Source: a virus (lineage: Duplodnaviria > Heunggongvirae > Uroviricota > Caudoviricetes). From it: a stretch of 35,737 bases of DNA. Of this stretch, positions 1 through 7,991 are shown piece by piece (the stretch's first letter is position 1; every line of letters begins with the position of its first letter). The stretch is from IMG/VR virus record IMGVR_UViG_2700989400_000002, one strand, 5' to 3'. The notes below the pieces were generated by a model that saw only the letters and a program-made list of their open reading frames with translations, was not told the origin of the DNA and made no database searches. The translations under genes were made by a program, and so were the position numbers.

Positions 1-318
1 ATGAAAAAGATAGTTGCTATATCATTAATTAGTATTTTTATTGTGTCTGGTTGTGCTGTGCATAATGATGAGACAAGTATCGGTAAATTTGGTCTTGCAT
101 ATAAAAGTAATATTCAGCGTAAACTCGATAACCAATACTACACCGAAGCCGAAGCTTCTTTAGCCAGGGGCAGAATATCTGGTGCAGAAAATATAGTAAA
201 AAATGATGCAGCCCATTTCTGTGTTACTCAGGGCAAAAAAATGCAGATAGTTGACCTGAAGACAGAAGGTGCAGGATTACATGGCGTCGCTCGTCTGACA
301 TTCAAATGTGGAGAGTGA
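1..318 (+). CDS. yegR: host small lipoprotein, 105 aa (YegR-like)
   Basis: Complete ORF outside the att repeat; N-terminal signal peptide with lipobox (IVSGC); size and position beside the yegQ locus fit E. coli yegR from memory, not searched. Confidence 0.5.
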   Translation: MKKIVAISLISIFIVSGCAVHNDETSIGKFGLAYKSNIQRKLDNQYYTEAEASLARGRISGAENIVKNDAAHFCVTQGKKMQIVDLKTEGAGLHGVARLTFKCGE

Positions 319-380
319 GAATATTTTTTGGTAAGCGTCAAACATGCGCGTTCTGGTTGTGCTTAGCCGGAACCTGTGCG

Positions 381-413
381 AGCACGATGCCGTTACGTGA
401 AAGGCATCGTGCT
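381..413. other. inverted repeat hairpin (11-bp stem agcacgatgcc / ggcatcgtgct, 11-nt loop) in host-side flank
   Basis: Perfect inverted repeat read directly; no following T-run, so not a clear intrinsic terminator. Confidence 0.35.
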
Positions 414-476
414 ATGAAGGGAGATTCTATCGATGTGGTCAATGGAAGACGGTGACCAGGGATAGGGCTTATGCAT

Positions 477-503
477 AAAAAATAAGCCCGTGTAAGGGAG
501 ATT
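477..503. repeat. attL core (27-bp P2-type att core), left copy of the direct repeat
   Basis: Exact 27-bp sequence AAAAAATAAGCCCGTGTAAGGGAGATT, repeated identically at 34205..34231; integrase gene lies immediately inside. Confidence 0.85.
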
Positions 504-582
504 TAGGGTGTCACCAGTAGGGGCTTTCAACGGTACAATGCGGGTTTGAGCGGCATAAATTACCACTGAAAGCCCTTAAACG

Positions 583-1596
583 TTACTCTACTGTGGACAC
601 TGTGTGGACACTCTCGGCTTCAGTACCACCTCTTAGCGGATTAAGAGAAATGGCGTCCTGAAGGTACTCTGGCGCAAAATGAGCGTAAACCATAGTTTGC
701 TCAATCCGCGTGTGACCTAGTATCCGTTGTAGCGTGATAATACTTCCTCCATTAATCATGAAATGAGTGGCAAAGCTGTGCCTTAGTGCATGTGTGGCTT
801 GCCCCGTTGGCAAATCCGGTTTTATTGCTTTCATTGTTCGTCTGAAGCGAGGGTAATCAGCATCAGGGAATAAAAAACCTCGTTTGTTATCCGCGATCAT
901 TTTGGCAACAGCCTCTGAGATCGGGACGGTGCGTGGTTTGTTTGTTTTCGTTTTAACAAACGTGACGCGGTTATGGATGATATTTTCTGCTTTCAAACGA
1001 GCTGCTTCTCCCCAACGTGCTCCTGTACTCAGGCAAAGAATCGCAATCTTTTTATTGTCGCCGTCAAGTGCTGCAAGCAGTAAGGCAATTTCTTCCTGTG
1101 TGAGATAGCCTGTTTCTGGTTTTTCCTCCTTAAGCCTCTTTGTCCCTCTGATAGGGTGCTCACCAAAGAATAACTCCGCTTCAATCAGGGCTGTAAACAT
1201 GCCGCTAATACATGTTAAATCACGATTGATACTCGAAGGTTTAATACCCTGACTTCTTCGGGTGGCGCAGTACTGGCTGATAAGGGATTTCGTGATTTGA
1301 AATGCGCATGGGTCATTCGTTATTTTTGTGAAGATTTCAATTTTTCCAAGATTAGATTTCCCATGCTCTTCGTGTTTACCCTTTAAATCCCACCAGATCT
1401 GTGTCAGTTCCGACAGACGTCGTTTGTCTGTTGGTTTTGATAGCCATTCTTTATTGTGGTGGTTGTACAACGTGTATTTTTCGAAAGCGACAGCTTCGCT
1501 TTTCTTATCAAACTTCCTACGGATGCGTTTTCCGTTACGTCCAGTAGGGCGGATGTCCACTTCATATCGACCATCATCGAGTTTTTTGATTGCCAT
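583..1596 (-). CDS. int: tyrosine integrase, P2 Int-like (337 aa)
   Basis: 337 aa as in P2 Int; C-terminal HxxR...Y catalytic motifs (HALRHSFATH, MVYAHF); adjacent to att core. Confidence 0.9.
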   Translation of the reverse strand: MAIKKLDDGRYEVDIRPTGRNGKRIRRKFDKKSEAVAFEKYTLYNHHNKEWLSKPTDKRRLSELTQIWWDLKGKHEEHGKSNLGKIEIFTKITNDPCAFQITKSLISQYCATRRSQGIKPSSINRDLTCISGMFTALIEAELFFGEHPIRGTKRLKEEKPETGYLTQEEIALLLAALDGDNKKIAILCLSTGARWGEAARLKAENIIHNRVTFVKTKTNKPRTVPISEAVAKMIADNKRGFLFPDADYPRFRRTMKAIKPDLPTGQATHALRHSFATHFMINGGSIITLQRILGHTRIEQTMVYAHFAPEYLQDAISLNPLRGGTEAESVHTVSTVE

Positions 1597-1711
1597 CAGA
1601 AAACCCTCCGAGTGGTACTTTTTTTTGCTACTACTAATCGCTTTTTTCGTGGTGGCTGAAATTTAGCCACCAATAGTAGGCACTTGTGATGAATATATTC
1701 ACGATAAATTG

Positions 1712-2011
1712 TTAACCAGTCTTTTGACCGGAGTGGGGCGACGTTGTTTCGTTTTGCCCAAAGTGTGCGAGAGCGGGCGCAATTTGCCCGGCTTCTGGAG
1801 CTACCTGATCAGTCATGAACCACAAAGTATATTTAGTAAATCTGGGATGTTGTAAGACCTTCATTATGGCTTCAACTCCAGCGTTTTTTGACCGGCTCTC
1901 ATAGCTCGAAAGTGAGCTGTAGGCTACACCAGTTAATTCACTGAATTCTTTACGGTTTAACCTTTCAGATTCACGGATTAGCTTCAACTTCTCCGAAACG
2001 TCTATTGACAT
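1712..2011 (-). CDS. C: immunity repressor C (99 aa)
   Basis: Internal ATG at 2011 gives the 99-aa length of P2 C; small HTH-like protein divergent from cox. The 123-aa ORF-track start is probably an upstream extension. Confidence 0.75.
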   Translation of the reverse strand: MSIDVSEKLKLIRESERLNRKEFSELTGVAYSSLSSYESRSKNAGVEAIMKVLQHPRFTKYTLWFMTDQVAPEAGQIAPALAHFGQNETTSPHSGQKTG

Positions 2012-2132
2012 AATTACTCCGATTGCGTAATTTCTTGCTGATAGTGTGAAATGTTGTGCTTCTGGAGTTATCCTTTTAGGCAATAATTAGCCATTAGGAG
2101 CCATTAGAAGCACTAAGGGAGAATCGTAGCAG
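2012..2132. promoter_or_regulatory. C/cox immunity switch region (divergent promoters, operator-like direct repeats)
   Basis: Intergenic between divergent C and cox; tandem agccattag repeats at 2089..2097 and 2099..2107 with related attag/actaag motifs at about 10-bp phasing. Promoter hexamers not confidently placed. Confidence 0.45.
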
Positions 2133-2408
2133 ATGAATAGACAGCTTGTAAGCGTGACTGATGCCGTGCCTTATCAGGAGTTTGCAAAACTCATTGGTAA
2201 AACTCCAAGAGCTGTAAGGGGCATGATTGAGAAAGGGAAATTACCAGTTATTGAGATTACTGACCCTCAGTCAGTATCGGGGCGTGCTGGTGAATATTGG
2301 GTATACCTTCCGGCATGGAATAACGGACTAAAACTGGCTTATGAAAGCCGTCCTAAAGAGATTCGTGACGGCTGGTTGATGTGGTTAGGTCTCGGTGAAC
2401 CACGTTAA
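2133..2408 (+). CDS. cox: Cox excisionase/repressor of lysogenic promoter (91 aa)
   Basis: 91 aa as in P2 Cox; first gene of the early rightward operon; RBS aagggaga upstream. Confidence 0.8.
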   Translation: MNRQLVSVTDAVPYQEFAKLIGKTPRAVRGMIEKGKLPVIEITDPQSVSGRAGEYWVYLPAWNNGLKLAYESRPKEIRDGWLMWLGLGEPR

Positions 2409-2418
2409 GGAGAACCGT

Positions 2419-2589
2419 ATGAATGAGCCTCGTTGTATTGCTCAGTTATTGCGTAACGAAAGCCCCAGGGCGATTGACTTCACCATCACCCACGGGAAGG
2501 GACGCAAGGGAATCATTATCCGCACCAAAAAACAGAGTCCGTTAAAAAAGGCTCTGACCTTTCTGAAAAGCCGGAGGGTATGGAAATGA
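2419..2589 (+). CDS. small early protein (56 aa, P2 orf78 position)
   Basis: ATG at 2419 preceded by RBS aaggag that overlaps the cox stop; basic small protein. Confidence 0.5.
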   Translation: MNEPRCIAQLLRNESPRAIDFTITHGKGRKGIIIRTKKQSPLKKALTFLKSRRVWK

Positions 2590-3086
2590 CAGTGATGACG
2601 CTCAATCTCGTTGAAAAACAGCCAGCAACTATGCGTCGGATAATTGGTAAGCATCTTGCCGTTCCTCGCTGGCAGGATACATGTGATTATTATAATCAGA
2701 TGATGGAGCGCGAACGGCTAACAGTTTGCTTTCATGCGCAGTTAAAACAACGTCACGCAACGATGCGTTTTGAAGAAATGAACGACGTCGAACGTGAACG
2801 GCTGGTTTGTGCAATTGATGAATTGCGTGGGGCATTCTCAAAACGCCGTCAGGTTGGCGCAAGTGAGTATGCATATATTAGTTTTTTAACAGTCAGTCAG
2901 CGTCGTACTTTATTTATGCATGCCGGATTGACTGAAAAAGAATTCAACCAGCCATACTGGCGAATTAATGAAGAATCATGTTACTGGCGTGATGCTTTAT
3001 TCCGTGCATTACGTGAATTATTCAGCCTGTTTGAGTATGCACCGACAATTCTGACGTCGGTAAAACCAGAGCAATATCTGCATTAA
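2586..3086 (+). CDS. B: replication protein B (166 aa)
   Basis: Start at the second ATG (2586) with well-spaced GGAGGG RBS gives 166 aa, the P2 B length; position after cox. Confidence 0.7.
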   Translation: MTVMTLNLVEKQPATMRRIIGKHLAVPRWQDTCDYYNQMMERERLTVCFHAQLKQRHATMRFEEMNDVERERLVCAIDELRGAFSKRRQVGASEYAYISFLTVSQRRTLFMHAGLTEKEFNQPYWRINEESCYWRDALFRALRELFSLFEYAPTILTSVKPEQYLH

Positions 3087-3149
3087 ATAATTAACCAGAG
3101 TTTTTAACGCACTTAATCGTGCGGGGCTTCTTTTTGCCTGGAGAAAGTC

Positions 3150-3374
3150 ATGCATACAGTTTCTGAAAATCAGTGCGGTAAATACGCATTACTGCTGCAA
3201 CAGGCCAGAACCGAAGCACAGGCCGACGCGGCGACGCGCTTTTCTTCTCATCTTGACGCCATGATTCGCCACATCACAAAGGCGGAGTTATCCCGCGTGG
3301 AGATAGTCGAGCTGCTCAGTCAGGAGTCGGAAAAATTTCACAATATCGGATTGTCTCGCGGGGAGGTACTTTGA
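3150..3374 (+). CDS. hypothetical early protein (74 aa, P2 orf80 position)
   Basis: ORF with RBS, in the conserved early operon. Confidence 0.55.
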   Translation: MHTVSENQCGKYALLLQQARTEAQADAATRFSSHLDAMIRHITKAELSRVEIVELLSQESEKFHNIGLSRGEVL

Positions 3375-3673
3375 TGTCCTGTTCTCATTCAGTTGTATTA
3401 CTGAATAACGCCTTAAAAATCGCCGTTATGAAAAATGGCGATTTGTCTCTTATTCAACTTTGTCTTGATAAAGAAAAACGCGACATCACTGAATCTGTTA
3501 TCGCGATTTATCAGAATGAATTAAACCTCCTGTCTGATGTGGTCAATTTACTTGTTAAACGCGCTGTATTCCACAAGCAAATTTCCTCAGTGGATGAACT
3601 GACAAAATTAACGACAGTACTTGCCAGTTATTGCGCTGATGTATCCAGGAAACTTAACGATAAAAGGAGCTGA
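3371..3673 (+). CDS. hypothetical early protein (100 aa, P2 orf81 position)
   Basis: Start overlaps the upstream stop (coupled); AT-richer than neighbours. Confidence 0.55.
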   Translation: MMSCSHSVVLLNNALKIAVMKNGDLSLIQLCLDKEKRDITESVIAIYQNELNLLSDVVNLLVKRAVFHKQISSVDELTKLTTVLASYCADVSRKLNDKRS

Positions 3674-3675
3674 TA

Positions 3676-3900
3676 ATGCCGGACAACATAGATTTTATTC
3701 AGGAACAACAGGCTGAATTACTGGAGCGCCAGATTAACGCGGCAAGGGTAAAACATTGCGGTGTTTCTGCGCTGGTTTGCGAAGAGTGTGACGCGCCAAT
3801 ACCTGCTGCCCGTCGTGCAGCTTATCCGTCAGCCACGCGTTGTGTTTCCTGCCAGTCAGTCTTTGAAGCAAAAAACAAGCATTACCGGAGAATGGCATGA
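3676..3900 (+). CDS. TraR/DksA-type C4 zinc-finger protein (74 aa, P2 orf82 position)
   Basis: CEEC...CVSC, a Cys-x2-Cys ... Cys-x2-Cys motif. Confidence 0.65.
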   Translation: MPDNIDFIQEQQAELLERQINAARVKHCGVSALVCEECDAPIPAARRAAYPSATRCVSCQSVFEAKNKHYRRMA

Positions 3901-4172
3901 GTATTCGTATCGAAATTGGCGAACGTTATGTCGTTAGCAGTGACAGCTTTCAGTTTATTCTCCATGAGAAAAAGAGAGCGGAAAGCGGTAAAAACGCCGG
4001 TCAGGAATGGCTGGCGGTGGTTGGTTATTACCCGAAATTAAGCCAGCTCGTTTCCTGCCTGATGCATCACGATATTCTGACCGGAAGCGCAAAGTCTTTT
4101 GCTGATTTAAACGCGCAGGTTGAGCAACTCAGCAGGCGTTGTTCAGAGGCTTTTGGCTCATATGGCCGTTAA
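3897..4172 (+). CDS. hypothetical early protein (91 aa, P2 orf83 position)
   Basis: ATGA overlap with the upstream gene; ends 11 bp inside the A start. Confidence 0.55.
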   Translation: MSIRIEIGERYVVSSDSFQFILHEKKRAESGKNAGQEWLAVVGYYPKLSQLVSCLMHHDILTGSAKSFADLNAQVEQLSRRCSEAFGSYGR

Positions 4173-6447
4173 AGCCTCCGGGCGTTTTGTCCCTCCTTCA
4201 GCATTTGCTGCAGGCACCGGTAAGGCGTTTACCGGTGCTTATGCATGGAACGCGCCACGCGAGGCCGTCGGGCGCGAAAGACCCCTTACACGTGACGAGA
4301 TGCGTCAGGTGCAAGGTGTTTTATCCACGATTAACCGCCTGCCTTACTTTTTGCGCTCGCTGTTTACTTCACGCTATGACTACATCCGGCGCAATAAAAG
4401 CCCGGTGCACGGGTTTTATTTCCTCACATCCACTTTTCAGCGCCGTTTATGGCCGCGTATTGAGCGCGTGAATCAGCGCCATGAAATGAACACCGACGCG
4501 TCGTTACTGTTTCTGGCAGAGCGTGACCACTATGCGCGCCTGCCGGGAATGAATGACAAGGAGCTGAAAAAGTTTGCTGCCCGTATCTCATCGCAGCTTT
4601 TCATGATGTATGAGGAACTCAGCGATGCCTGGGTGGATGCGCATGGCGAAAAAGAATCGCTGTTTACGGATGAGGCGCAGGCTCACCTCTATGGTCATGT
4701 TGCTGGCGCTGCACGTGCTTTCAATATTTCCCCTCTCTACTGGAACAAATACCGTAAAGGGCAGATGACCACGAGGCAGGCATATTCTGCCATTGCCCGT
4801 CTGTTTAACGATGAGTGGTGGACTCATCAGCTTAAAGGCCAGCGTATGCGCTGGCATGAGGCGTTACTGATAGCTGTCGGGGAAGTCAATAAAGACCGTT
4901 CTCCTTATGCCAGTAAACATGCCATTCGTGATGTGCGTGCACGCCGCCAGGCAAATCTGGAATTTCTTAAATCGTGTGACCTTGAAAACAGGGAAACCGG
5001 CGAGCGCATCGACCTTATCAGTAAGGTGATGGGCAGTATTTCTAATCCTGAAATTCGCCGGATGGAGCTGATGAACACCATTGCCGGTATTGAGCGTTAC
5101 GCCGCTGCAGAGGGTGATGTGGGGATGTTTATCACGCTGACCGCGCCGTCAAAGTATCACCCGACACGTCAGGTCGGAAAAGGCGAAAGTAAAACCGTGC
5201 AGCTTAATCACGGCTGGAACGATGAGGCATTTAATCCAAAGGATGCGCAGCGTTATCTCTGCCGTATCTGGAGCCTGATGCGCACGGCATTCAAGGATAA
5301 TGATTTACAGGTCTACGGTTTGCGAGTCGTCGAGCCACACCATGACGGAACGCCGCACTGGCATATGATGCTTTTTTGTAATCCACGCCAGCGTAACCAG
5401 ATTATCGAAATCATGCGTCGCTATGCGCTCAAAGAGGATGGTGACGAAAGAGGAGCCGCGCGAAACCGTTTTCAGGCAAAACACCTTAACCGGGGCGGTG
5501 CTGCGGGATATATCGCGAAATACATTTCAAAAAACATCGACGGCTATGCACTGGATGGTCAGCTCGATAACGACACCGGCAGGCCGCTGAAAGACACTGC
5601 AGCGGCTGTTACCGCATGGGCGTCAACGTGGCGCATCCCGCAATTTAAAACGGTTGGCCTGCCGACAATGGGGGCTTACCGTGAACTACGCAAATTGCCG
5701 CGCGGCGTCAGCATTGCTGATGAGTTTGACGAGCGCGTCGAGGCTGCACGCGCCGCCGCAGACAGTGGTGATTTTGCGTTGTATATCAGCGCGCAGGGTG
5801 GGGCAAATGTCCCGCGCGATTGTCAGACTGTCAGAATCGCCCGTAGCCCGTCGGATGAAGTTAACGAGTACGAGGAAGAAGTCGAGAGAGTGGTCGGCAT
5901 TTACGCGCCGCATCTCGGCGCGCGTCATATTCATATCACCAGAACGACGGACTGGCGCATTGTGCCGAAAGTTCCGGTCGTTGAGCCTTTGACTTTAAAA
6001 AGCGGCATCGCCGCGCCTCGGAGTCCTGTCAATAACTGTGGAAAGCTCAACGGTGGTGACACTTCGTTACCGGCTCCCACACCTTCTGAGCACGCCGCAG
6101 CAGTGCTTAATCTGGTTGATGACGGTGTTATCGAATGGAATGACCCGGAGGTTGTGAGGGCGCTCAGAAGCGCATTAAAACACGGCCTGAGAAGACCAAA
6201 CCGTCAGCAAAGAAACGGAAGCCCGTTAAAACCACATGAAATTGCACCATCGGCCAGACTGACCCGGTCGGAAAGAATGCAAATCACCCGTATCCGCGTT
6301 GACCTTGCTCAGAACGGTATCAGGCCGCAGCGATGGGAGCTTGAGGCGCTGGTGCGTGGCGCGACCGTAAATTATGACGGGAAAAAATTCACGTATCCGG
6401 TCGCTGATGAGTGGCCGGGATTCTCAACAGTAATGGAGTGGACATGA
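4162..6447 (+). CDS. A: rolling-circle replication initiator A (HUH endonuclease, 761 aa)
   Basis: ATG at 4162 gives 761 aa as in P2 A; HUH motif (TPHWHMM) and tyrosine pair (GYIAKYISK) present. Confidence 0.9.
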   Translation: MAVKASGRFVPPSAFAAGTGKAFTGAYAWNAPREAVGRERPLTRDEMRQVQGVLSTINRLPYFLRSLFTSRYDYIRRNKSPVHGFYFLTSTFQRRLWPRIERVNQRHEMNTDASLLFLAERDHYARLPGMNDKELKKFAARISSQLFMMYEELSDAWVDAHGEKESLFTDEAQAHLYGHVAGAARAFNISPLYWNKYRKGQMTTRQAYSAIARLFNDEWWTHQLKGQRMRWHEALLIAVGEVNKDRSPYASKHAIRDVRARRQANLEFLKSCDLENRETGERIDLISKVMGSISNPEIRRMELMNTIAGIERYAAAEGDVGMFITLTAPSKYHPTRQVGKGESKTVQLNHGWNDEAFNPKDAQRYLCRIWSLMRTAFKDNDLQVYGLRVVEPHHDGTPHWHMMLFCNPRQRNQIIEIMRRYALKEDGDERGAARNRFQAKHLNRGGAAGYIAKYISKNIDGYALDGQLDNDTGRPLKDTAAAVTAWASTWRIPQFKTVGLPTMGAYRELRKLPRGVSIADEFDERVEAARAAADSGDFALYISAQGGANVPRDCQTVRIARSPSDEVNEYEEEVERVVGIYAPHLGARHIHITRTTDWRIVPKVPVVEPLTLKSGIAAPRSPVNNCGKLNGGDTSLPAPTPSEHAAAVLNLVDDGVIEWNDPEVVRALRSALKHGLRRPNRQQRNGSPLKPHEIAPSARLTRSERMQITRIRVDLAQNGIRPQRWELEALVRGATVNYDGKKFTYPVADEWPGFSTVMEWT

Positions 6448-6899
6448 TGGCAAAAATTCACGAGGTAAAGCTGCACGCAAAATATTTTGACCTTGTGCTG
6501 GAAGGACATAAACGTGCAGAGTTTCGGAAAAATGATCGTAATTATGAGCGCGGGGACACGTTGATTTTGCGTGAATGGGTGCAGGGTGTGTATACGGGGC
6601 GAAAGGTTGAAGCCCGGATAACAGATGTTACTGACCTGTCAGACTGGCTGGAAGATTATGTCTTGCTAAGTATTGAGCTGCTTAATACAGGTGCATATGA
6701 GATTGTGAACTGGAAAGAACTTAGTGAGCGTGGCCTGATATTCAGAATTAATCATGAAATTATGCATCAGCTCGGCCTTGCTGTTATGTATGAACCAGAG
6801 ACGGGGATGTCTGGCGGGGCAATGGTTGCCACGGATGGAGCATGGAACTATTCAGATGAACAGGTGGAGCGTGCACAGCAAAACGGGCGGCTTGGATAA
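6444..6899 (+). CDS. ASCH/DUF3850-like small protein (151 aa), translationally coupled to A
   Basis: ATG at 6444 overlaps the A stop (ATGATG); N-terminal KIHEVKLHAKYFDLVLEGHKRAEFRKNDR...GDTLILRE resembles the DUF3850/ASCH signature from memory. Confidence 0.55.
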   Translation: MMAKIHEVKLHAKYFDLVLEGHKRAEFRKNDRNYERGDTLILREWVQGVYTGRKVEARITDVTDLSDWLEDYVLLSIELLNTGAYEIVNWKELSERGLIFRINHEIMHQLGLAVMYEPETGMSGGAMVATDGAWNYSDEQVERAQQNGRLG

Positions 6900-7105
6900 T
6901 GCACAGAATTCTAGGCGAGATACCGCAGCATAACTCCAAAAGCGCCAAGCTGATGGCCATTGTTCAGCGTCTACAGCAGATTATGGTCAACGAAAATCTG
7001 ACGCCCGATGAGCTGGTCGGGTGTGCCGAAATAGTCCGGGATAATTACGGGCGGTTTAGCTATATCAGTCAGTCCAGAGTTATGCCAGCACCACGCAGAC
7101 GATAG
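6899..7105 (+). CDS. hypothetical small protein (68 aa)
   Basis: TAATG stop-start overlap with the upstream gene; followed by a hairpin. Confidence 0.45.
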   Translation: MHRILGEIPQHNSKSAKLMAIVQRLQQIMVNENLTPDELVGCAEIVRDNYGRFSYISQSRVMPAPRRR

Positions 7106-7109
7106 AGAA

Positions 7110-7148
7110 CCCCGCCAGTCGTGAAACTTGTTTTCAGGGCTGGCGGGG
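7110..7148 (+). terminator. hairpin at end of early operon (stem ccccgccag / ctggcgggg)
   Basis: 9-bp GC-rich stem read directly; long loop and no clean T-run, so a weak terminator call. Confidence 0.35.
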
Positions 7149-7211
7149 TTGAACCACGAGCGCAGTTTGGTGTTAGGAAAATTATTGAAAGAAATATTAT
7201 CAGGGGGTTAA

Positions 7212-7736
7212 ATGCTGTTTCTGTGTAAACCGTTTCAGGAGATTAAAGTGATTACTTTTCAGACTATAAGAGATAAGTATATTGAAATCGTTCGGTTACA
7301 GAGAGAGGAAAAAGAGCGTTTACAAAATATTGTTGGGCTGATTGCGAAAAACTTTGAGGGGTCGCTTGAGCTTGAGCAAACTTGCTGGGGTTATCCAGGG
7401 CAAAATCCCACTGAAAATTATGTTTTTGTCGCTGCAATTAAAGATGGTGAAAAATCTAAAGTTCAGTTACACGATCTGTTGCCTGATGCAGATGGGGTTT
7501 TGTCATTTTTTATTGGTCTTACGGTGGATAAGTCACCGGTTGCTCATCCTAAGTTAAACGTGATTATTCCTTTGAAACTGCTACGTGAAGGGAATTGCTT
7601 TACGCTGGTAATAGGAAGCGGGGAATTCGAAATGAACTTAAGTGAAAAGCCAGCATTGCAAGAGCTTGAGGCTGTATCTGAAGCACTGAAACAAGCTGTA
7701 ATCAGAGACCTTGAATCTTACATTCCGGTGCGCTGA
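7212..7736 (+). CDS. hypothetical cargo protein (174 aa), no recognisable motif
   Basis: ORF with RBS (aggggg); moderately AT-rich; lies between the early-operon hairpin and cos, the slot occupied by tin/old in P2. An alternative GTG start at 7248 is possible. Confidence 0.55.
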   Translation: MLFLCKPFQEIKVITFQTIRDKYIEIVRLQREEKERLQNIVGLIAKNFEGSLELEQTCWGYPGQNPTENYVFVAAIKDGEKSKVQLHDLLPDADGVLSFFIGLTVDKSPVAHPKLNVIIPLKLLREGNCFTLVIGSGEFEMNLSEKPALQELEAVSEALKQAVIRDLESYIPVR

Positions 7737-7899
7737 TAATGTTTGTGGGGGAAAGCGATTTTCCCCGTTTTTGTGTGCGTGCATCAGGTGCATTGTTTTG
7801 CATGTGCCAAAGGCTGTTTTTATGGTCACTTGTTGCCTGTACCGGTGTGGTTTTGACGCCTTCATGCAACTGCATTAAATGTGACCCGCGAAGCGGGCG

Positions 7900-7918
7900 G
7901 GCGAGGCGGGGAAAGCAC
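7900..7918. other. cos cohesive-end site (19-nt P2-type sequence GGCGAGGCGGGGAAAGCAC)
   Basis: Exact match to the 19-nt P2/P4 cohesive end as I recall it; single occurrence in the window. Confidence 0.7.
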
Positions 7919-7991
7919 TGCGCGCAGAGCATAATTGGGTGTTTTGATAATGAAAATGCTTAACACAGTAATTTTCTAAGAGGTGATGATA

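Noticed and set aside
477-503. tRNA or tmRNA gene as integration target
   Set aside because: No tRNA-like sequence around either core; the repeat is an intergenic P2-type 27-bp core, not a tRNA 3' end.
1712-2083. Longer N-terminal extensions given by the ORF track for C and, likewise, O (12867), L (15706), V (20056), ogr (33822), A (4120), B (2580) and the cos-Q cargo (7983)
   Set aside because: Internal ATG starts with properly spaced RBS reproduce the P2 protein lengths exactly; the longer forms begin at poorly placed or non-ATG codons.
4139-4471. 110-aa ORF in an alternative frame at the start of A
   Set aside because: Fully overlaps the replication gene A in another frame; no support.
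7919-7991. Sigma-70 promoter for the cos-Q cargo gene (ttgata N17 agtaat, or cataat at 7930..7935)
   Set aside because: Hexamers are weak and the spacing to the RBS is awkward; not supportable without experimental or comparative evidence.
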